A stretch of 64,000 nucleotides of DNA, taken from contig CBDCEX010000017.1 in NCBI GenBank assembly GCA_965216025.1, forward strand, positions 307,390-371,389, in the 5' to 3' direction. The position numbers were made by a program, and so were the translations under genes. Numbering within the stretch: position 1 is the first letter of the stretch; each line of letters opens with the position of its first letter. The notes under the pieces were generated by a model, which was not told the DNA's origin, searched no databases, and was given only the letters and a program-made list of their open reading frames with translations. Of this stretch, positions 58,378-64,000 are shown piece after piece. Source of the DNA: Dehalococcoidia bacterium. Lineage in GTDB: Bacteria > Chloroflexota > Dehalococcoidia > Lucifugimonadales > UBA3495.

Positions 58378-59286
58378 TTATTGGGAATTGTCTATTAGCT
58401 GTTCTATTTCGGAGACTTGGTTAGGACTGAGGCCGCGCTGCAACGCCAGCGGCAAGGATGTGGCGGTCAGAGCGGCATACACCGGCAGCAGCTCGGTTGC
58501 CCGCTGGGACAAGGCATCCAGGTGGAGTCGAATGGTGGCGGCGTCCCCCCGAAAAGCGGGACCGGTCAAGCTGGCGGCAACACCATCCTTTGCCACGTTG
58601 TCCAATGTCGCGCGGGCCAGGGGGTAGAGGGCCTCTAGGGCATCGCTGGAGTCGTACCCCATTCTCTCCCACAGCGTTACCGCTCCGTGCAGCAGGGCCG
58701 CCAGGTGGGCGCAGGCTAAAACCGCCGAGGCATGATAAAGAGGCCGGTCCCCTTCGGCAATAACGACGGCTCTGCCTCCCAGGTCCTGGGCCATTTGGGT
58801 AAGCAGGTCCACCAGCCATCCCTCGCCGTCCACGGCAAAACTGACGCCGGTCAAGCGGGCGCTGGCTTCCGCCGGGTCCTTCAGAGCGGCCAGGGTTTGG
58901 AAAGGGTGAAACGCACCGGTGCGGGCCTGTTGGCGGGCCGCGCTGTCCAGAATGCCTCGAGATTCCGCGCCGCAGCAGTGGACTACCCCCTGGTCGGGGC
59001 ACCAGGCCACCTCGGCACAAACCTGGGGGATGGCTGCATCCGGCGTGGTGATGAAAACCAGGTCGGCGCCGTCGGCCAAGGCTTGAGCTGACGCGGCAAC
59101 GCCGCACCCGGAAATGCGCTCGGACAGCCACTGGGACGATTCGGAGCGGCGGCTGTAGCATGCGGATACCCGATAGCCCCGGTCGGCCAGGGCCAGGGCC
59201 AGACCCTTGCCCAGCACGCCCACGCCGATAAAGCCAATTTTCATTTCTTGCTTGTTCAAGTCTTGGGGCTTCAAACTAGAGCTCAC
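58378..59286 (-). CDS. Rossmann-fold plus DUF2520 protein (PanG-like, candidate ketopantoate reductase)
   Basis: MKIGFIGVGVLGKGLALALADRGYRV followed by a DUF2520-like C-terminal half. Immediately upstream of panB. The start is either 59286 (11-nt overlap with the upstream gene) or ATG 59244. Confidence 0.65.
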   Translation of the reverse strand: MSSSLKPQDLNKQEMKIGFIGVGVLGKGLALALADRGYRVSACYSRRSESSQWLSERISGCGVAASAQALADGADLVFITTPDAAIPQVCAEVAWCPDQGVVHCCGAESRGILDSAARQQARTGAFHPFQTLAALKDPAEASARLTGVSFAVDGEGWLVDLLTQMAQDLGGRAVVIAEGDRPLYHASAVLACAHLAALLHGAVTLWERMGYDSSDALEALYPLARATLDNVAKDGVAASLTGPAFRGDAATIRLHLDALSQRATELLPVYAALTATSLPLALQRGLSPNQVSEIEQLIDNSQ

Positions 59287-60334
59287 TTATAGCCGGCAAG
59301 CCTCCCAGACCGGTGGCGAATTTGACCGCATTGATCACCGACTGGGCCGTCACTTGTACCGCTGCAGCGCATAATATCGTGATGTCGGTGGGCTCCGATC
59401 TAGTTCCGGTGGCCATGGCGAACATGGTGTCGCCGTCCCGGAGGGTGTGGCAAGGCCGAATGGCCAGGGCCAGGCCGTCGTGGCTGACTTGGGCCAGGAA
59501 ATTAGCCTGCTCTTTGGTCAGCGGCGCGTCGGTGGCCACCACGCCGATAGTTGTGTTGCTGAGGGCGGGACTTCCCGGAGTCAGCTTCTCCCGCAGCAGC
59601 AGGTCCACGGAGTCGTAAAATCGGTCGTGAAATGCGGGTTTCCCTTCCCGCCGGGGTCCCGCCAGGATCTCTCCTGATTGGAAATCCACCACTCCCCCAA
59701 TGGCGTTGACCGCCACCGCGGCGGCCACGGTGACGCCGCTGGGCAACCGCAGGCTGGCCGAGCCGATGCCGGATTTTACCGCGTGTTCCAAACCGAGAGC
59801 CTTGCCCACGGTGGCGCCGGTTCCGGCTCCCACGCTGCCTTGATCCAGGGGCTTGTCATTCGCCGCCAGGCAGGCGGCTCGTCCTTCGGCCAACCCCGGA
59901 TGGGCTTGAGGGTTGAGTAAGCCTAGGTCGAACAGAATCGCTGATGCGACGATGGGGATTATGCCCGGACCCACCCTCAGGCCGATTCCCTGTTCGGCCA
60001 GCCAGGACATCACTCCAGAAGCGGCCTCCAGCCCAAAGGCGCTGCCGCCGCTCAAGGTTATGGCGTGAACCTTTTCCACGCGGTGCAGCGGTCTGAGCAA
60101 ATCTGTTTCCCTGGTCCCGGGAGAGCCGCCTCGCACGTCCACGCCACCAACCGCCCCCTCCCGGCACAGGAATACCGAGCAGCCGGTGCCGTTTACCGCA
60201 TCGGTGAAGTGCCCGGCCTGCAAGCCGGCTACGGCGGTAATGGTGGAGTTCACGGCCAGCCCTGCCTCGGGGCCAACGGGTTCCAAAAGAAAGGAAGCCC
60301 CGGCGAACGCGGGGAACAAGGGGCGGTGTTGCAT
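59276..60334 (-). CDS. peptidase family S58 (DmpA/BapA-like, P1 family) protein
   Basis: GLQAGHFTD..NGTGCSVFLC...GGVDVRGGSPGTRETDLL...LSGGSAFGL...LSNTTIGVVATDAPL. Confidence 0.8.
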   Translation of the reverse strand: MQHRPLFPAFAGASFLLEPVGPEAGLAVNSTITAVAGLQAGHFTDAVNGTGCSVFLCREGAVGGVDVRGGSPGTRETDLLRPLHRVEKVHAITLSGGSAFGLEAASGVMSWLAEQGIGLRVGPGIIPIVASAILFDLGLLNPQAHPGLAEGRAACLAANDKPLDQGSVGAGTGATVGKALGLEHAVKSGIGSASLRLPSGVTVAAAVAVNAIGGVVDFQSGEILAGPRREGKPAFHDRFYDSVDLLLREKLTPGSPALSNTTIGVVATDAPLTKEQANFLAQVSHDGLALAIRPCHTLRDGDTMFAMATGTRSEPTDITILCAAAVQVTAQSVINAVKFATGLGGLPAISEL

Positions 60335-60508
60335 TCAGCTTTGGCCGTCTCGGTCGTCATCAGATCCCAGCGGCCCACTGCATCGTGCAGGGGAAGGAAG
60401 ATGGTGGTGTACTCACCCCCCGAATCGGGTGGATGGCAGGGTTATTTTAGGTGGTACCCAAAAACTGTGTCAAGCCGAAGGGCTCGGGGTGACATTTTGA
60501 GATAATTA

Positions 60509-61750
60509 TTAAGAGGTATCCGAGTCCATCTCCGCTAATTCCTCAGCGTACCGGAGCATTTTCTCCTGGCGTTTTGGCTCGACGCTTCGACCCTCCAGGT
60601 ACAGACGCAGCGCCTGCATGGGCTGCAATCCTTCGGCGACCTCGGTTCCCAAGCGGGTCCGGCGGGCATCCTCGGTTTGCTGGCTGATGGCCGCGATGTA
60701 GTGGGCCTCCGCCAGGGCTTGACGGATGTCCGGTTCTCGAAGATGGGCTTCCAGCTCCCCAGGAAGGGTTATCCTTACCCGGACAACGGCATCCTGTACG
60801 TCCTTGCGGGCGATGGCACGAATCACCGTACCGGTCGGGTCTTGATCACCCGCCGTCAACCGGATGTCCACGGTCACGAAGGGACGGGCTTTGACGGGTC
60901 TAAACTGGAAATCCACCATCCGCTGGCCCACCGGCGCCGATGGGTCCAGCTCCACCAAGCAGAAACCCTTCTGCTCCGCCTCTTCGCTGAAGTCCACCCG
61001 CTGGAGGCTGCCGGAGTAGACCACCATCGGAGGGTCCTGCCGCAATATCTGGTGTTTGTGGATGTGCCCCAGGGCCACATACTCCAGCTGAGGTTGGTGC
61101 AAGGAGCTGGCCAGCAGCACGTGGTCTTGGCCCAGCATCATCGACCTTTCGGTCCCCGTCGTAGCGCCATTGACCGTCAGATGGCCGGTGAGGATGGCCG
61201 GCACCTCCGGATTCAGCCGGTCCAACCGGTCCTGTATAGCCACAGTGAGCCGGTTTTCCAGCTCCTGCCGGATTTCATCAATGGATAGCCCTCGGGAATC
61301 TTCCCTGGTCATTATCCCGCCCCGCCGGGGCCAGGGCACCGCCAATATCTGCAAAGGACCGCTGGGAGTGGGAACGTGGTAGATCTGCAGGCTATCACCA
61401 ATGTAGACGTGGGGCACTTGCAAGGTTTGAAAGATTTCCACGGCGGTGGCCCGGCTTACGGCGTTGGGAAGGTCGTGGTTCCCCACCAACATGAAGGTCG
61501 GGATGCCGGCATTGGAGAGTCGCGAGAGACGCCGAGCGAACTCTCGCTGGTGGGTCTGGGAAGGATCCCGGCCTTTGTAGGCGTCGCCAGCCAGCAACAC
61601 TAGGTCAACCCGCTCCTCGAGAGCGCAGTCGACTACCTCATCTAGCGCGGAGAGGAAATCCCCCAAGCGTGTGGAGAGACCGGTCGCGGGATCGGGACGG
61701 CCATAGTTCTCCACCCCGATGTGAAGGTCCGAAAAATGCAGAATGCGCAA
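60509..61750 (-). CDS. sbcD: exonuclease SbcD / Mre11-family nuclease
   Basis: MRILHFSDLHIG...LLAGDAYK...VGNHD...GHLTV...LGHIHKHQ. 413 aa. No sbcC-like gene on either side. Confidence 0.85.
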   Translation of the reverse strand: MRILHFSDLHIGVENYGRPDPATGLSTRLGDFLSALDEVVDCALEERVDLVLLAGDAYKGRDPSQTHQREFARRLSRLSNAGIPTFMLVGNHDLPNAVSRATAVEIFQTLQVPHVYIGDSLQIYHVPTPSGPLQILAVPWPRRGGIMTREDSRGLSIDEIRQELENRLTVAIQDRLDRLNPEVPAILTGHLTVNGATTGTERSMMLGQDHVLLASSLHQPQLEYVALGHIHKHQILRQDPPMVVYSGSLQRVDFSEEAEQKGFCLVELDPSAPVGQRMVDFQFRPVKARPFVTVDIRLTAGDQDPTGTVIRAIARKDVQDAVVRVRITLPGELEAHLREPDIRQALAEAHYIAAISQQTEDARRTRLGTEVAEGLQPMQALRLYLEGRSVEPKRQEKMLRYAEELAEMDSDTS

Positions 61751-61966
61751 ATAAGTTGCTCCTACCCCTTATGGGGGTTACAAGAGTATGCAAATCTTGG
61801 CGCTAAAGTTGATATTACATCACCGATGAGGACGGGGAAAGGGGAAACTTTGGTCCCAACATATCCCAATCCAGTGATTTGTCGGACGCGGCCGTTGACA
61901 ATCCGTCTGCGGGTTTCTAGAATCAAGCTAGAATATTTCACCGCTAGGGTAAGTGGAAAGGCCTTA

Positions 61967-62668
61967 ATGACCATCGTTAAACAGCTGTTCTCCCTCCAAG
62001 AGTTGGACTTGGCGCTGGACGCCATTCAAAGCCAAAAGTCCGAAGCCGAGGAGGAACTAAGTGCCCGGCTGGAGCTGGAGCAGATGGAAACCGCTCTAGC
62101 TGAAGAGCAGGGGAAGTTGTCGGAAACTCAGGAATCTCACCAGTCCTTCCGCCAGGAAGCCGACGAACTTCGCGAGCGGGTTCCTGGGCTGGAGGAGAGA
62201 ATTTATAGCGGTGACGTGACCACCGCGCGCGAGTTGGCCAGTGCGGAGCAGGAAGCCGGCCACGTGCGGAAGCAATTAGATGACATGGAAATGCGGATGT
62301 TGGAGTTGACCGTCGCGGCGGATAATTCCAGGTCTCGAATCAGTACACTGGAAAGTGAATTGGAAATCACGCGAGTTGGCTGGGAGAGCCGGCAGGCCGA
62401 GTTGACTCAACAGGTGGAGCAATTGACCTCGGAAGAGGAGACCATTCAGGTAAAGAGAGAGGAGCTGGCTGCCACTGTGGACCAGCAGGAGCTGCAAAAG
62501 TACGACATTCTCCGGAAGAGGAAGGGCGGGACGGCTGTCGCCAAGGTGGAGCGCGGGCTTTGCCAGGCCTGCCGTATGTCGCTACCCACCCAGCATCTCC
62601 AGCGCGTTCGCTCCGGACGCCAAACGGTCCTCTGCAGCAGCTGCGGCCGCATGCTCTGGCCCGGCTAA
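61967..62668 (+). CDS. coiled-coil C4 zinc-ribbon protein (COG1579-like)
   Basis: ATG 61967 (MTIVKQLFSLQELDLALD...). About 190 aa of coiled coil, then CQACRMSLP...LCSSCGRMLW. The ORF-track start 61721 overlaps sbcD and is unlikely. Confidence 0.75.
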   Translation: MTIVKQLFSLQELDLALDAIQSQKSEAEEELSARLELEQMETALAEEQGKLSETQESHQSFRQEADELRERVPGLEERIYSGDVTTARELASAEQEAGHVRKQLDDMEMRMLELTVAADNSRSRISTLESELEITRVGWESRQAELTQQVEQLTSEEETIQVKREELAATVDQQELQKYDILRKRKGGTAVAKVERGLCQACRMSLPTQHLQRVRSGRQTVLCSSCGRMLWPG

Positions 62669-62854
62669 CCTCTCCTTTTTTCTAATTCCTCCTCACAGGC
62701 TCGTCCTAGCGCCGCTCCCTTAACCTAGCAACTGGAATGCTCAGCTTTGATTTTTGGCTCCAGGGCCAGAAAGGTGCCCCGGCTGACCACCATTTTGACC
62801 GCTCACAACTCCCGTTGACCCTATTTAGCCCATGTGCTAGAGTTCGGCCCGGAG

Positions 62855-63357
62855 GGAGCCGGTAGACTGGGTGACCGCCGCCTCGAATTCTCGAGGGGGA
62901 GGAAAGTCCGGGCTCCAACGGACAAGGTGCTGGGTAACCCCCAGGCTTTCGCGGCGTTAGTAATGACGCCGTGGGGGACGGAAAGTGGCACAGAAACACA
63001 CCGCCTCCGGTTTTTCGATCAGAAAGTTGGGCTAGTTGGGGGAAGGGGATCTGGACCGGCGGTAAGGTTGAAATCGGACGGTAAGAGCGTCCGGTCGTCT
63101 GCGGTGACGCAGCGACGGTCAAACCCCACTTGGAGCAAGGCCGAATAGGGGGAGTAGGAGGGTCCGACTCATCCCCGGGTTGGCCGCTGGACCCCGATGG
63201 CAACATCGTCCCGTTGTTGGGAGCCGTCCGTCCTGCTGGGCGCCGGTGGGCTAGATAGATGGTCACCGTCTCCGGGTATTGCCAGGGCCTTCCGGTTTTC
63301 CGGGAGGTCCGTCGAATTCCGGGGATACAAAACCCGGCTTACAGGTCTGCCGGTTCC
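62855..63357 (+). ncRNA. rnpB: RNase P RNA, bacterial type A
   Basis: P4 signature GGAGGAAAGTCCGGGCTCCA. Also GGCACAGAAACACACCGCC, GGTAAGGTTGAAATCGGACGGTAAGAGCGTCCGG, CAAACCCCACTTGGAGCAAGGCCGAATAGGGG, CTAGATAGATGGTCACC and ACAAAACCCGGCTTACAG. P1 pairs GGAGCCGGTAGAC (62855-) with GTCTGCCGGTTCC (-63357). Confidence 0.9.
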
Positions 63358-63716
63358 CCTCCACCGGCCCGCGAGGAGTCGGGGACTAATCTCTACTTAA
63401 CCCTGCCCTTCCGGCAACCAGCAAGTGCCGCTGCTGCTGGACGACCCGGTTGTCCTGGGCGACCGGTTTAGCCGGTGGCTGGCCCCCCATGCTGGTGGCT
63501 GAATCCTTGGCTCTTTCCGCTGAGCCAAATTAGGCCGGCCCTCAGGCTCGGCGCCGCAGCGCCGTCCTCCGAAATTCGTTCACCAGGTTGATGAATTCGC
63601 CTTCACCCCTTATCATTAAAAAACCCGGGGGCTGGTAGCATCATCAAAGAATCAAGTAAGAATCCGGAGCCGCCCTCGGGTCCGCGCCGGCTGGAATTGG
63701 AGGTTAATCCCAACCT

Positions 63717-64000
63717 TTGTATCTGGACCTGCACAGTCACTCGGTATCCTCGGACGACTCCCGCGCCACCGTGGAGCAGTACCTAAAATGGATTCAAGTG
63801 CTGCGAAAACGGGGATATACCGCCGATGGAATCGTCCTCACCGAACACCGCAAGTTTGACCGGGATAAAGATTATTCCGCGCTGGCCTCCCAATACGGCG
63901 TAGTGGTCCTGAAGGGGTCGGAGCTGGATACTCGCTACGGCCATTTCCTGGTATACGGGGTGAATGAAGGATTGACCGCCGACATTGATTTTGCCGACGT
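63717..64000 (+). CDS. PHP-domain metal-dependent phosphoesterase, N-terminal part (3' end outside window)
   Basis: TTG 63717: LYLDLHSHSVSSDDSRATVEQYLKWIQ...IVLTEHRKFD...GSELDTRYGHFLVYG (DLHxHS PHP motif). Open to the window end. The start codon is uncertain. Confidence 0.55.
   Translation, partial: MYLDLHSHSVSSDDSRATVEQYLKWIQVLRKRGYTADGIVLTEHRKFDRDKDYSALASQYGVVVLKGSELDTRYGHFLVYGVNEGLTADIDFAD

Noticed and set aside
62706-63266. 186-aa minus-strand ORF
   Set aside because: It overlaps the RNase P RNA gene almost completely. The region carries all rnpB core motifs on the plus strand.

Overview
This is a 64-kb bacterial chromosomal window of roughly 60% GC. The gene content and GC-rich palindromic repeat families look Chloroflexota-like, but that taxonomy is inference only.

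Bases 1 to about 23.8 kb are housekeeping. They hold the typA 3' end, a membrane-anchored HdrD-like Fe-S oxidoreductase and an alpha/beta hydrolase. Next come rex and a complete minus-strand F1Fo ATP synthase operon (atpZ-B-E-F-H-A-G-D-C). After that are a bifunctional-nuclease-family gene, a Lon-like protease, rsmD-coaD, ribF, tyrS and an acyl-CoA mutase large subunit.

From about 23.8 kb the window is accessory and visibly decaying:
- An intact ISAs1-family IS with a 10-bp TSD, plus a 185-bp MITE sharing its terminal repeats.
- A nested IS graveyard at 37.4-41.6 kb: two inverted ISAs1-like copies, an IS630 3' fragment and an IS1380-family element.
- A full IS630-family element with a C7 frameshift site that splits a small gene.
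- A 397-bp TIR-bounded element sitting on overlapping convergent stop codons.
- At least five frameshifted or truncated genes.
- Two paralogous XDH-family molybdopterin subunits without Fe-S/FAD partner genes, each set among catabolic genes.
- A 5'-truncated giant adhesin remnant with a ~1-kb 15-nt tandem array that is open in all six frames.

The right end carries S58 peptidase, a DUF2520 (PanG-like) gene and panB, then sbcD, a coiled-coil Zn-ribbon gene, RNase P RNA and the start of a PHP-domain gene.

The most useful non-obvious call is a SelW/Rdx-like selenoprotein gene with an in-frame UGA in a CxxU motif and a SECIS-like hairpin (4425-4688).

I found no CRISPR array, tRNA or rRNA. I also could not recognise a coherent novel multi-gene system. 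The findings below are individual anomalies, and several could be assembly or sequencing artefacts, because frameshifts often fall at homopolymers. All family assignments come from motif recognition by eye, not from searches.
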